This document shows, piece by piece, positions 1 through 9,111 of a stretch of DNA of 53,195 nt. Every line of letters begins with the position of its first letter. The first letter of the stretch is position 1. Made by a program: the position numbers and the translations under genes. Under the pieces are notes generated by a model. The model made no database searches. It was given only the letters and a program-made list of their open reading frames with translations, and was not told the DNA's origin. The stretch lies in NCBI GenBank assembly GCA_964473025.1, contig CAYYMZ010000004.1:1-53195 (forward strand), read 5' to 3'. The stretch is from an uncultured Candidatus Saccharibacteria bacterium. Lineage in GTDB: Bacteria; Patescibacteriota; UBA1384; DTJR01.

Positions 1-46
1 ATATCATTTGTCTCCGTCTTTAATTATATCAGCTAAATAGCCAAAA

Positions 47-122
47 TGGTGGACCAAGGCGGATTCGAACCGCCGACCTCTTGAATGCGAATCAAGCGCT
101 CTACCAGCTGAGCTATTGGCCC
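47..122 (-). tRNA. tRNA-Ala(CGC)
   Basis: Reverse complement GGGCCAATAGCTCAGCTGGTAGAGCG...CTTGA-TTCGCAT-TCAAG...GGTTCGAATCC...TTGGTCCACCA; 76 nt, G3:U70 pair, encoded CCA. Confidence 0.95.
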
Positions 123-174
123 ATCGTCTCATTTTATCTTTACTTATCAGATTTCTCAAGTTATATTATAAGCA

Positions 175-735
175 ATGCAAATAGTTTTGAGTGAAAATAG
201 CAAGCATATGGTCATCGATCGCGCGGTGGCCATTTTAGCTCGTGGGGGAATCTTAGTTTACCCCTCTGATACAGTTTATGGTTTGGCTGTGGACGCAACA
301 AATTCCAGTGCGATTGACAAGATTAACAAACTTAAAAACAGGAGGGATGATCAAAAATATTCATTCAATTTTTCAGACATCGAAATGATAAAAAAATTTT
401 CCAACATTACACCCGAACAAGAAAAAATTCTTAGAAAATATCTACCAGGACCTTACACGTTTGTTCTAACAGAGGATGTGGCTGTTAGAATTCCGAGAAA
501 CAATATTATTGTGGATATTGCAAGGGCGTTTGGGAAACCAATCACAGCAACCAGCGCTAATGTTACCGGCAAATCACCGGCTATAAGTACGAAAAATCTA
601 GACCCAAAGATATATCTGGCTTCGGATTTAATTATTGAAACTCCCGATTTTAAGCCAAGTTCACCGTCTACGATTGTCGACATTTCATCACCCGATCACA
701 AGGTAACAAGGCAAGGAGCATTTAAATTTCCCTGA
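175..735 (+). CDS. tsaC: Threonylcarbamoyl-AMP synthase (TsaC/Sua5/YrdC family)
   Basis: YPSDTVYGL, LPGPYTF, VRIP, PITATSAN and PSTIVD motifs. Confidence 0.9.
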   Translation: MQIVLSENSKHMVIDRAVAILARGGILVYPSDTVYGLAVDATNSSAIDKINKLKNRRDDQKYSFNFSDIEMIKKFSNITPEQEKILRKYLPGPYTFVLTEDVAVRIPRNNIIVDIARAFGKPITATSANVTGKSPAISTKNLDPKIYLASDLIIETPDFKPSSPSTIVDISSPDHKVTRQGAFKFP

Positions 736-760
736 ATTTCTGCTATAATTTTCTCAATTT

Positions 761-847
761 GGGCAAGTGGCGGAACTGGTATACGCGTAGGTCTCAAAAA
801 CCTATGGCCGCAAGGCCTTGTGGGTTCGATTCCCACCTTGCCCACCA
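761..847 (+). tRNA. tRNA-Leu(CAA)
   Basis: GGGCAAG acceptor, TAGGT-CTCAAAA-ACCTA anticodon arm, long variable arm GGCC-GCAA-GGCC, GGTTCGATTCCC T arm, encoded CCA. Confidence 0.95.
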
Positions 848-990
848 TCGAGATGGCCACTTCGTGGCCATTTTTCGATGGTGTGTGGGAATCGAAAGCC
901 GGAGCGAGCGAAGGCGAGCGAGGCGGGGTCGCGCAAAAATTCAGCGGAATTTTATGTGTGACCGATTCCATCATCAAACCTTGCCCACCA
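835..990 (+). repeat. Direct repeat of the tRNA-Leu 3' end enclosing a structured insert
   Basis: ACCTTGCCCACCA at 835-847 and 978-990, with several hairpins between. Confidence 0.8.
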
Positions 991-991
991 G

Positions 992-1026
992 AACAAAATA
1001 ATTCACATTCACGTGAATTATTTGTT
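992..1026 (+). terminator. AT-rich hairpin, probable terminator
   Basis: AACAAAATAATTCAC / GTGAATTATTTGTT imperfect inverted repeat. Confidence 0.5.
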
Positions 1027-1071
1027 ATTAACAGATAGCTCTAGTGTTTTTAATCTGATATTATAAGGCAT

Positions 1072-1929
1072 ATGGAGCAAGACCAAAATAAACCTAAGGT
1101 GAACGCTGATCCCATTTCGACATCTCCGTCCAATCCAGTCCAAACAAAGCCTAAAAAAAACCACTGTTTGTTAATCGCACTAATTAGCGGTTTCGTTTTT
1201 GTCGTCCTGATGTTTTTTGTTATTTTGCCATTTATTTTAACGCGCCTTGACGCCTATATGAGTATTGTCGCTTCTTCTGTTTCTACAAAAACACCATCAA
1301 TTGTCGCCACCCCCAAGACAAAGGCGACCAAAAAAGCGACGACGTCTGCAAATTATGAAGTTACTCCCTGCGAACAGGTCCAAACCTCAAATCCCGAACC
1401 GCTAAATATAAGCACTGATAACCCTGTGTTAAAACAAGAGTCGTCAGATGCCTACTATCAAATATATGGCCTAGTACTTAACGACATAACCAGACAACTA
1501 GGGTCTTGCGGGCCTAAGTATGAGGGGGAGTCGTTTGCGGGAATGACCACGGATTATATTAATTGGGCATATCTAATGCGATTTGACGCATCTGGTAATT
1601 GCCGCGTTGATAACGCCGCTGTCGGGGTAAACGTCAGAATATATTACCCGAAATGGGATGCCCCGGAGGGAGCGTCCTCCTCCACTAAAGAGCGCTGGGA
1701 TAATATGATCAGTAATTTACGAGTTCACGAAGAGGGGCATAGGCAGATTGATTACGATGGTGGCGCAAAAATATTTAGTAACATCTCTTCAATTAGTGCC
1801 TCGTCTTGCAACGAAGTCGAATCAAAAGTTACAAGCGAAACAAGAAGTATTCTAGATGAGGTTTCCCAGAGCAACATTAATTACGATGCACAGACAAATC
1901 ACGGCGAAACACAGGGTGCGCATTTCTAG
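1072..1929 (+). CDS. Membrane-anchored DUF922-like putative Zn protease
   Basis: N-terminal TM helix, S/T/P-rich linker, YYPKW and LRVHEEGH (HExxH). Confidence 0.7.
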   Translation: MEQDQNKPKVNADPISTSPSNPVQTKPKKNHCLLIALISGFVFVVLMFFVILPFILTRLDAYMSIVASSVSTKTPSIVATPKTKATKKATTSANYEVTPCEQVQTSNPEPLNISTDNPVLKQESSDAYYQIYGLVLNDITRQLGSCGPKYEGESFAGMTTDYINWAYLMRFDASGNCRVDNAAVGVNVRIYYPKWDAPEGASSSTKERWDNMISNLRVHEEGHRQIDYDGGAKIFSNISSISASSCNEVESKVTSETRSILDEVSQSNINYDAQTNHGETQGAHF

Positions 1930-1968
1930 CAGTTTAAAACTCTTACATTTTAAGCCGAGTGTAATATA

Positions 1969-3306
1969 ATGACCGAGGGTGTATTGATGAGAAAAACGGC
2001 AGTAAAAATTGTTAAAAATCTCCAGGACGAGGGTTTTGAGGCCTATTTTGCGGGTGGGTATGTGCGCGATATGCTTCTTGGTATTGAATCAAAGGATATT
2101 GATATTGTCACATCGGCAACACCCGATCAGGTTGAAAAAATCTTTACAAAGACAGTGCCGATTGGAAAACAATTCGGCATTATTTTGGTAGTACAGGATG
2201 AGAAGAAATACGAAGTAGCCACATTCCGTAGAGAAAGCGATTATCTTGATAGACGGCGTCCTTCAAAAATCACTTTTTCGGATGCCAAAACAGACGCCAC
2301 GAGGCGCGACTTTACAATCAATGGTCTTTTCTTCGACCCAGTATCAAATAAAGTTATTGATTTTGTTTCGGGTGCGGATGACATAAAGCGTAAAACGATT
2401 CGCTTTATCGGAAATCCGCAGGAGAGAATAAGCGAAGATAATTTACGTCTTGTCAGGGCGATAAGGTTAAAAATAACTCTGGGCTTTCAATATGCGCCTG
2501 ATACTTTCGAGGCAGTCCGCAAGAATTCTCATTTGATCAAGAATGTATCAGCCGAAAGATTACGAGACGAATTAAACCGGATCATGGCCAGCCCAAACCG
2601 TCACCAAGCCCTTGTGGAACTATCAGAAAGCTCGCTTCTTAAATTCATTATTCCCGAAATAGAAGCTCTTAAGGGCGTCCCGCAACCCATACAATATCAT
2701 CACGAGGGCGATGTATTTACCCACACCTACCTTGCACTAAAATCCTTAAACGATCGTACGCCCTCTCATCTAGCTTGGGCCGTTTTGCTCCACGACATCG
2801 CCAAACCATTAACTTTGACTCATATAAAAAACAAAATAGTTTTTCACAACCACGCCGAAATCTCGGCCGAGCTTGCAAAGAAAATATTGGAACGCCTCAA
2901 ATTTCCGAGATTTGAAATATTTGATATTTGCTGGTTAATTGAAAATCATATGAAAATCGGCATTATTGAAAAGATGCGCCCAGGCAAACGTCTCAACTTT
3001 GTTTTGGACCCAAAATTTAATGATTTGATAGAACTTGCCAGGGCAGATTCAAGTGGTACTTATCCGGTTAACCTAGATATAGTCAAACGCTTAGAGCAAG
3101 CCGTTAAATCCGCTCTCTTGTGGCGCGATAAAACAAGCAGCCGCCACGAAAAAGCACTGATAACCGGCGACGATCTCATTGAATTAGGGTTTGAGCCTGG
3201 GAGTAAATTCAAAGAGATATTGGAGGGGGTTGATGATTTGCACCTTAGCGGTGAATTATCTTCTAAAAAAGAGGCTCTAGATTATATCATAGGTAAATTC
3301 AAATGA
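1969..3306 (+). CDS. cca: CCA tRNA nucleotidyltransferase (class II) with HD domain
   Basis: GGYVRD..DIDI, EVATFR, RRDFTING, EDNLRLVRAIR, HHEGDVFTHT, LLHDIAK. Confidence 0.9.
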   Translation: MTEGVLMRKTAVKIVKNLQDEGFEAYFAGGYVRDMLLGIESKDIDIVTSATPDQVEKIFTKTVPIGKQFGIILVVQDEKKYEVATFRRESDYLDRRRPSKITFSDAKTDATRRDFTINGLFFDPVSNKVIDFVSGADDIKRKTIRFIGNPQERISEDNLRLVRAIRLKITLGFQYAPDTFEAVRKNSHLIKNVSAERLRDELNRIMASPNRHQALVELSESSLLKFIIPEIEALKGVPQPIQYHHEGDVFTHTYLALKSLNDRTPSHLAWAVLLHDIAKPLTLTHIKNKIVFHNHAEISAELAKKILERLKFPRFEIFDICWLIENHMKIGIIEKMRPGKRLNFVLDPKFNDLIELARADSSGTYPVNLDIVKRLEQAVKSALLWRDKTSSRHEKALITGDDLIELGFEPGSKFKEILEGVDDLHLSGELSSKKEALDYIIGKFK

Positions 3307-4148
3307 ATAAAATTTCACGTCAGGATCTTGAGCAGTTATTTGAAAAAAAAGGTGAAAGGGATGATAAAAATTCTATACCCGAGGAAAGGGTTACAATCCA
3401 TAAAACCAAAAAGAACTCCTCCGATGAACTAGTTTTAAAGTCCGTAAGACATAAGATTCACAAAATTTCACAAAAAGAGAAGGGGCGGGGATTTGATACT
3501 TGGGACTCGATTTTAAGATTTATCGCTGTTGCTGGGTTTTCGGGCTTCATCGTATTTGTGGTCTTGAGTTTTCCAGCATATTTAAATCAGCTTAAATGGT
3601 TTTATTACGTAGATTATCTTGGAGAGAATATTCCCACCCAACCAGATAAAACCACGACACCCACACCGTTGCCGACTGCAAAAAACCAGCTCCAGCTACC
3701 CAATCTCGAACTAAAAAATGCTTCCCGCGAATCCATTCTTAAAATCCCCAAAATTGCAATTGAAGCTCCGGTAATCTGGGATGTTGAGGAATCAAACATT
3801 CTCGATCAGCTAAAATCAGGCGTAGTCCATTATCAGGGGACTGCACACCCCGGAGAAGATGGAAATATTTTTATTGTTGGACATTCCTCGAACTATTTTT
3901 GGGTAAATAGCGATTATAATAATATATTTTCATTGCTTGATAAATTGTCGGTAGGAGATAGAATCGAAATTCAGAAAGACGGCAAATCCTATTTTTATGA
4001 CGTTTTCGGCAAGAAGCAAATTGGACCGCAAGACGTTGAGGTTCTAAAATCACCAAATCAAATCCTAACCCTTATGACCTGCTGGCCGGTGGGTACTTCT
4101 CTAAACCGCCTCATAGTTCAGGCAAATTTTGCATATATGGCAAACTGA
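3303..4148 (+). CDS. Sortase
   Basis: TM anchor, IPKIAI, GVVHY, VGHSS (His), TLMTCWP (Cys), NRLIV (Arg). Confidence 0.9.
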   Translation: MNKISRQDLEQLFEKKGERDDKNSIPEERVTIHKTKKNSSDELVLKSVRHKIHKISQKEKGRGFDTWDSILRFIAVAGFSGFIVFVVLSFPAYLNQLKWFYYVDYLGENIPTQPDKTTTPTPLPTAKNQLQLPNLELKNASRESILKIPKIAIEAPVIWDVEESNILDQLKSGVVHYQGTAHPGEDGNIFIVGHSSNYFWVNSDYNNIFSLLDKLSVGDRIEIQKDGKSYFYDVFGKKQIGPQDVEVLKSPNQILTLMTCWPVGTSLNRLIVQANFAYMAN

Positions 4149-4163
4149 ACAAATTATGATTTT

Positions 4164-5279
4164 TTAAACCAAGGAAGATAAAACCTCAAGTGTTTCCTTG
4201 GCACACTTTGTCCAATCGAAGTTTTTAGATCTAAGCAGGCCTTTGTTGGTTAAATCTTGCTTTAAATTATCGTCTTTAATGATTTTAGAAATAGCAATCG
4301 AAAACTGCTCGGGGCTTTCCGGATCGCAAAGAATCCCTGCATTATCCATAATTTCAGGGATAGAAGTGGTATTCGAACCAACGACTGGAACCCCAGAGGC
4401 CATGGCTTCAACAAGAGGCATTCCGAAACCTTCAAAATAACTCGGGAAAAAGAATATCGCGGCATTGCGCATCAACTGCCCAACCTTGTCGTCTGGTACG
4501 TAACCTAGCTCGATTACATCGCGCTTAACCTCTTGGGGTAATTTATCAATTTCATTTTTAATTTCCTCATAGAGGTAACCGCTCCGACCAGCGAGAACCA
4601 ATTTATGCTTAATTGTTTTATCTTCGCGCAAAAGGCCGAATGCTTTAATCATGTTTTTGACGTTTTTTTTGGCCTCGAGCCGTCCGATAAAAAATATGTA
4701 GGGCGTAAGACGTAAGATATCGCCCGGGACAACTTCTGATTTCGGCTGTTTATAATATTTTTGCTTGTCAAACCCGTGATAGATTACCCTGATTTTCTTT
4801 TCATCAGCATTATAAATTTTGATCAAATCTTTTTTTGTGGCGTTTGAGATAGCGATGATTTTTGTTGCATGCTTGATTGAGTGTCTCATCGAAAAATCGT
4901 GGTAATAGCGCTCAAGTGGAGTGTAAAGTTCGGGAAAGTACTTGAACCCGACATCGTGCAGGGTCACAACCGTATTTTTGGGATGGATGATCGGAATCGT
5001 GTGAGCAGGTTCAAAAAGGACTGCGGGTGGGTGAGATAACATCTCGGACGAAAGTCTTATCTGACTCCATAACCGCGGAAACCTCATCACCTTCACCTCG
5101 ACGTTTTTTTTGTTTGGAATATAGTCGAGTGGTTCCTTGGCATAAAGCCTAAATGCGAAACTGTCATTTAATACTAAATTCCTGATTAGCTCGTACGAAT
5201 AATACTCCGTACCCGTTTTCTGCTTCATTGAGGAGCGGCTGGCATCAATACCGATTAAATTATTTATTTTGATTGCCAT
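4164..5279 (-). CDS. Glycosyltransferase family 4
   Basis: TLHD, FIGRLEAKKN, FPSYFEGFGMPLVEAMASGVPV. Confidence 0.9.
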   Translation of the reverse strand: MAIKINNLIGIDASRSSMKQKTGTEYYSYELIRNLVLNDSFAFRLYAKEPLDYIPNKKNVEVKVMRFPRLWSQIRLSSEMLSHPPAVLFEPAHTIPIIHPKNTVVTLHDVGFKYFPELYTPLERYYHDFSMRHSIKHATKIIAISNATKKDLIKIYNADEKKIRVIYHGFDKQKYYKQPKSEVVPGDILRLTPYIFFIGRLEAKKNVKNMIKAFGLLREDKTIKHKLVLAGRSGYLYEEIKNEIDKLPQEVKRDVIELGYVPDDKVGQLMRNAAIFFFPSYFEGFGMPLVEAMASGVPVVGSNTTSIPEIMDNAGILCDPESPEQFSIAISKIIKDDNLKQDLTNKGLLRSKNFDWTKCAKETLEVLSSLV

Positions 5280-6271
5280 ATTAATGAATTAATAAAGTCA
5301 TCAAAATTATCTGTGGCAATTTTTATACCCATGATAGTGCAAAGCTGTGGTTCTTCGGCAATCTGGCAGGGGACCCCTGTAATCTTAGTCAGCATGTTGT
5401 CAAAATTTCTTAATTTGGCTGCCCCTCCGGCGATCACAATGCCTTTATCCATTACATCGCTTGAAAGCTCGGGAGGGGTTTTTTGTAAGACCTGCTTAAC
5501 TGCTAAGATAATTTCATTCAATACAGGTTTAACTGCCTGGGCAATATCTCCAGAATGAATAAAAATGCTTTCCGGCAGACCGGTGATTGTATTTGACCCG
5601 GAAACCTCTTCTTTTAGATCTTTTTTTAACGGCATGGCCGAGCCGATATTTATTTTTACTTGCTCTGCTGACTGCTCACCAATTACCAAATTGTATTTTT
5701 TCCTGGTGTAATCGATGATCGCCTCATCCATTTTTTTACCGCCGTATCGCACGGACGTGTACGAGACAATGTCGCCGAGAGAAATTACAGCAATTTCTGC
5801 TTTACCGCCTCCCACATCAATTATTATATTTCCCGAACTAGAGGACGTGTCGATTCCCGCACCTAAGGCGGCTGCGATTGGCGATTTAATCAGAAAAACC
5901 TTTTTTGCCCCGATACTCTCAACCACGTCTAAAACCGCTTTTTTTTCCGTTGATGTTGCCCCGACCGGGACATTCACTACAACCTCCGGTTTTAAGAGCC
6001 GGATCCTGCCTAAAATACGGTTAAAATATATCTGAAGGATTTGCTTGGTCATTTTATAGCTGGCGATAACACCATCGGAAAAAGGATAAGAAGCAATAAT
6101 TGTTTCTGGAGTGCGCCCAAGCATAAGTTTAGCTGCGTTTCCAACCTCAATAACCTTCTGCGTTGAAGCATCGAGAGCCGCTACGTTTGGGTCGTTAACG
6201 ACGATTCCTTTTTGAGGAACATAAATTCGTAGATTCGATGTTCCCAGATCAATCCCTATTTTTCTTATCAT
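5264..6271 (-). CDS. mreB: MreB/Mbl-family actin-like protein (divergent)
   Basis: IGIDLGTSN, MLGRTP, DGVIA, AAALGAG, DVGGG, TPPELSSD, AGGAAKL; several active-site deviations. Confidence 0.85.
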   Translation of the reverse strand: MIRKIGIDLGTSNLRIYVPQKGIVVNDPNVAALDASTQKVIEVGNAAKLMLGRTPETIIASYPFSDGVIASYKMTKQILQIYFNRILGRIRLLKPEVVVNVPVGATSTEKKAVLDVVESIGAKKVFLIKSPIAAALGAGIDTSSSSGNIIIDVGGGKAEIAVISLGDIVSYTSVRYGGKKMDEAIIDYTRKKYNLVIGEQSAEQVKINIGSAMPLKKDLKEEVSGSNTITGLPESIFIHSGDIAQAVKPVLNEIILAVKQVLQKTPPELSSDVMDKGIVIAGGAAKLRNFDNMLTKITGVPCQIAEEPQLCTIMGIKIATDNFDDFINSLIWQSK

Positions 6272-7521
6272 GAGATTCGTTTTATCTTGGCGCCAAGACG
6301 CGCCAACTTATCTTCTATATTTTCATAGCCCCTGTCAATAATCTGAGCATCCTCGATAGTTGTTTCCCCATCAGCCATCAATCCGGCAATAAGCAGTGTT
6401 ATTCCCGATCTTAAATCAAGCGAATGAATAGTGGTTGAACGAAGATGAACCGGGCCTGCGACATCGGCCCGATGCAATCCGTGAAACTCAACGTTTAGGC
6501 CCATCTTTTGCAATTCCTTCAAATACCCCAGGCGATTCTCATACATCGTCTCTTCAATATGGGACACACCTTTTGCGCGCGAAGCGAGCAGAGACATTGG
6601 GGATTGCAAGTCAGTCGGAAAGCCGGGGTAGGGTAAGGTTGAAATTGAAAATGGTTTTAGATCTTCGCTTTTAAGCACTTTCGCCGAATTACCGCTAATT
6701 TCAATTTTTACATTACATTTTTTAAGAACGTCTACGAAGGATTGAAGGTTTTCGCTCGGAAAGGGCGTAACCGTTCCCTCACCACCCGTTGCGGCAAAAG
6801 CGATCGCAAATGTGGCCGCTTCTATCCGGTCTACAATTACATCCGCTGAATCAAGATTAAGATCTTTTGATCCCAGGATTTTTAAAGTACGGGTTCCGAT
6901 ACCGGATATGCACGCACCCGATTTTACCATTTCGTTTAAAAGGGCCGAGATTTCCGGTTCTGTCGCACAGTTCTCGATTATAATTTCCTTTTCTTGTGCG
7001 GCCGCATACATTGCAATATTTTCGGTGGCAGTAACGCTTTGTTCGCACAAAATAACTTTATTGTGTTTGGGTTCATCAAGCTTTAAAATTATTTTTTCCT
7101 TATTCTCCGTGATCGTTGCACCAAGTTGCCTGAATGCGTCGATGTGAGTTTCAATTGGACGCTCGCCGATTTGGCATCCGCCGGGCTGCAAAATTACCGC
7201 TTGAGAAAATCTGGATAATAACGGACCGAGATATACCAGAGAGGCCCTTAATTTGTTAGCGGTGCTTTTCGAAATATCAAACTTCTCAATGCTTCTGGCG
7301 TCAAGTTCGATCCCAGATTCGATATTTTTAACTTTACCGCCCAGACACTTAAAAATTTCAAGCTGTCTTTCAATGTCGACAATTTGGGGAATATTTCGAA
7401 TACAAACCGGCTTCTTAAGTAAAACCGCAAAAGCTATGAGTTTTAATGCCTCGTTTTTCGCACCGCTAATCTTAACCTCGCCCCGAAGTTGAACCCCGCC
7501 GTTTATTTTAAAAATAGACAT
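6268..7521 (-). CDS. murA: UDP-N-acetylglucosamine 1-carboxyvinyltransferase
   Basis: SGAKN, LRAS, PGGCQIGERP (catalytic Cys), ATEN, EPEI, DRIEA, PYPGFPTDLQ, DLRSG, IDRGYE. Confidence 0.95.
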   Translation of the reverse strand: MSIFKINGGVQLRGEVKISGAKNEALKLIAFAVLLKKPVCIRNIPQIVDIERQLEIFKCLGGKVKNIESGIELDARSIEKFDISKSTANKLRASLVYLGPLLSRFSQAVILQPGGCQIGERPIETHIDAFRQLGATITENKEKIILKLDEPKHNKVILCEQSVTATENIAMYAAAQEKEIIIENCATEPEISALLNEMVKSGACISGIGTRTLKILGSKDLNLDSADVIVDRIEAATFAIAFAATGGEGTVTPFPSENLQSFVDVLKKCNVKIEISGNSAKVLKSEDLKPFSISTLPYPGFPTDLQSPMSLLASRAKGVSHIEETMYENRLGYLKELQKMGLNVEFHGLHRADVAGPVHLRSTTIHSLDLRSGITLLIAGLMADGETTIEDAQIIDRGYENIEDKLARLGAKIKRIS

Positions 7522-7581
7522 TTAACCTTTAAATTATTTGTTCTTCATAGTATAATGTACCTGTAATAAAATAAAAATTCA

Positions 7582-8265
7582 ATGAATTCAAACAATGCGT
7601 TCGTCCGGTCGCTCGTTTATTTGTTTCTTGTAATTGCTTTTTTAGTTTTAGGTTTTTTTATTGTTACCTACGCGGCCGGCTATACCATCGATTTTAAGAA
7701 TCGGCAGGTTTCGAAAACGGGACTAATCAATTTGACCGTTAGGACTCCCGATACGATGATTTATCTAGATGAGAAATTGGTCGGAAATGGCAGTATGGTT
7801 TTACGCTCGCTGCAACCGGGCAATTTCAAAATTAAAATAAAGAAAGAGGGCTTTCGCGATTGGTCAAAAACGGTTAAATTGCATGAACAAGAGGCCATGA
7901 CACTAAGCAACATTGTCCTTTTCAGGAAAGACCCCCCGATCGAGATGTACGATTCAAAGCTTACAGAACAGGACTTAGCCAATCTTAGCAATTTGGATTC
8001 GATTAATATTATGGGGGGGGAAATTTATCAAAACGACGACCTGGTTACACGGCTGTCAACTGACGTTTTTGGCGCAAGTTGGTACACCGATCACAACCAT
8101 ATTTCCTTTAGTTCAGATGGGTCATTCAGAATTGTTGATATAGACGGTAATAACATGGTAGAGCTTTTTAAAAAAGATTCCCGCTCATACGTAACCTTCG
8201 CATCTTCCGGTAAGTTTGTCATTTTTGAAGATAAGGGCCAGACGTTTCGCGCTCAAATAAGATGA
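7582..8265 (+). CDS. PEGA-domain membrane protein
   Basis: N-terminal TM, YAAGY..D, TGLI, LQPGNFKIKIKKEGFRDWSK. Confidence 0.75.
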   Translation: MNSNNAFVRSLVYLFLVIAFLVLGFFIVTYAAGYTIDFKNRQVSKTGLINLTVRTPDTMIYLDEKLVGNGSMVLRSLQPGNFKIKIKKEGFRDWSKTVKLHEQEAMTLSNIVLFRKDPPIEMYDSKLTEQDLANLSNLDSINIMGGEIYQNDDLVTRLSTDVFGASWYTDHNHISFSSDGSFRIVDIDGNNMVELFKKDSRSYVTFASSGKFVIFEDKGQTFRAQIR

Positions 8266-9014
8266 AATCCTACAAAATACTTTCCGTCAAAGTAAACTCG
8301 TTGAATTATGATGAAATAATAAATTTCATCACGGATACAATTTCGAACAATAAAAAGGGGCGAATTGCAACAGTAAATAACGAATTTATCGTCGAAGCGC
8401 AAAAAAATAGGGAGTTTGCCGCATCATTAAACAACTCTTCGCTATGCTTACCCGACTCAACAGGTATAGTTTGGGCTATCAGAAAATTATATAAAGCAAA
8501 GATTATAAAAACCCCGGGTGCCGACTTATTTGAAAAAATCTGTTATTTATCAAACAAAAAAAAGTTCCGTATTTTTTTACTCGGCGGACGCGAGGGGGTG
8601 GGATCTGCGGCCAAAGAAAAAATACAAAAGAAATATCCAGGATTACGGGTAGCAGGTGCGATTGATGGAATCAACATTAATCCGTTAACCGGCAACGAAG
8701 ATATTGTAAATTCCATCAATCGTGCAAACGCCGATATCGTTTTCGTTGCCCTTGGTGCTCCCAAACAAGAACTTTGGACAACCAATAACATGGGTAAGGT
8801 CAACGCCCATATTTTCATGGGGGTCGGGGGAACGCTCGATTTTATCTCGGGTAAAACGAGAAGGGCTCCTTCGTGGATGAGAAAAGCTAACCTCGAATGG
8901 CTCTTTAGACTTTTTGTCGAACCAAAGCGGATCGGCAGGATTTTTATAGCTTTAATTGTTTTCCCATATCTCGTTTTAGTCAAAAATACTGAGTTAACCA
9001 GCAAAAACAGTTAA
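8262..9014 (+). CDS. WecB/TagA/CpsF family glycosyltransferase
   Basis: TVNNE, PDSTGI, GADL, VALGAPKQE, GVGGTLD, RAP, LEWLFRL..EPKR. Confidence 0.92.
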   Translation: MKSYKILSVKVNSLNYDEIINFITDTISNNKKGRIATVNNEFIVEAQKNREFAASLNNSSLCLPDSTGIVWAIRKLYKAKIIKTPGADLFEKICYLSNKKKFRIFLLGGREGVGSAAKEKIQKKYPGLRVAGAIDGININPLTGNEDIVNSINRANADIVFVALGAPKQELWTTNNMGKVNAHIFMGVGGTLDFISGKTRRAPSWMRKANLEWLFRLFVEPKRIGRIFIALIVFPYLVLVKNTELTSKNS

Positions 9015-9021
9015 CGGGTTA

Positions 9022-9050
9022 TTGACTTTTTTTGCAAAATAGTTTAGAGT
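9022..9050 (+). promoter_or_regulatory. Sigma70-type promoter of nusA
   Basis: TTGACT-17 bp-TAGAGT; leader hairpin AAAGCGGC/GCCGCTTT and AAGGAG SD downstream. Confidence 0.55.
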
Positions 9051-9111
9051 AGAATAAAAGCGGCTATGAATGCCGCTTTAATTTATAACTTTAATTTTAT
9101 AAGGAGAATAT

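Noticed and set aside
696-1038. ORFs 696-977, 759-1001 and 820-1038
   Set aside because: They overlap tRNA-Leu and its structured trailer, and have no protein motifs.
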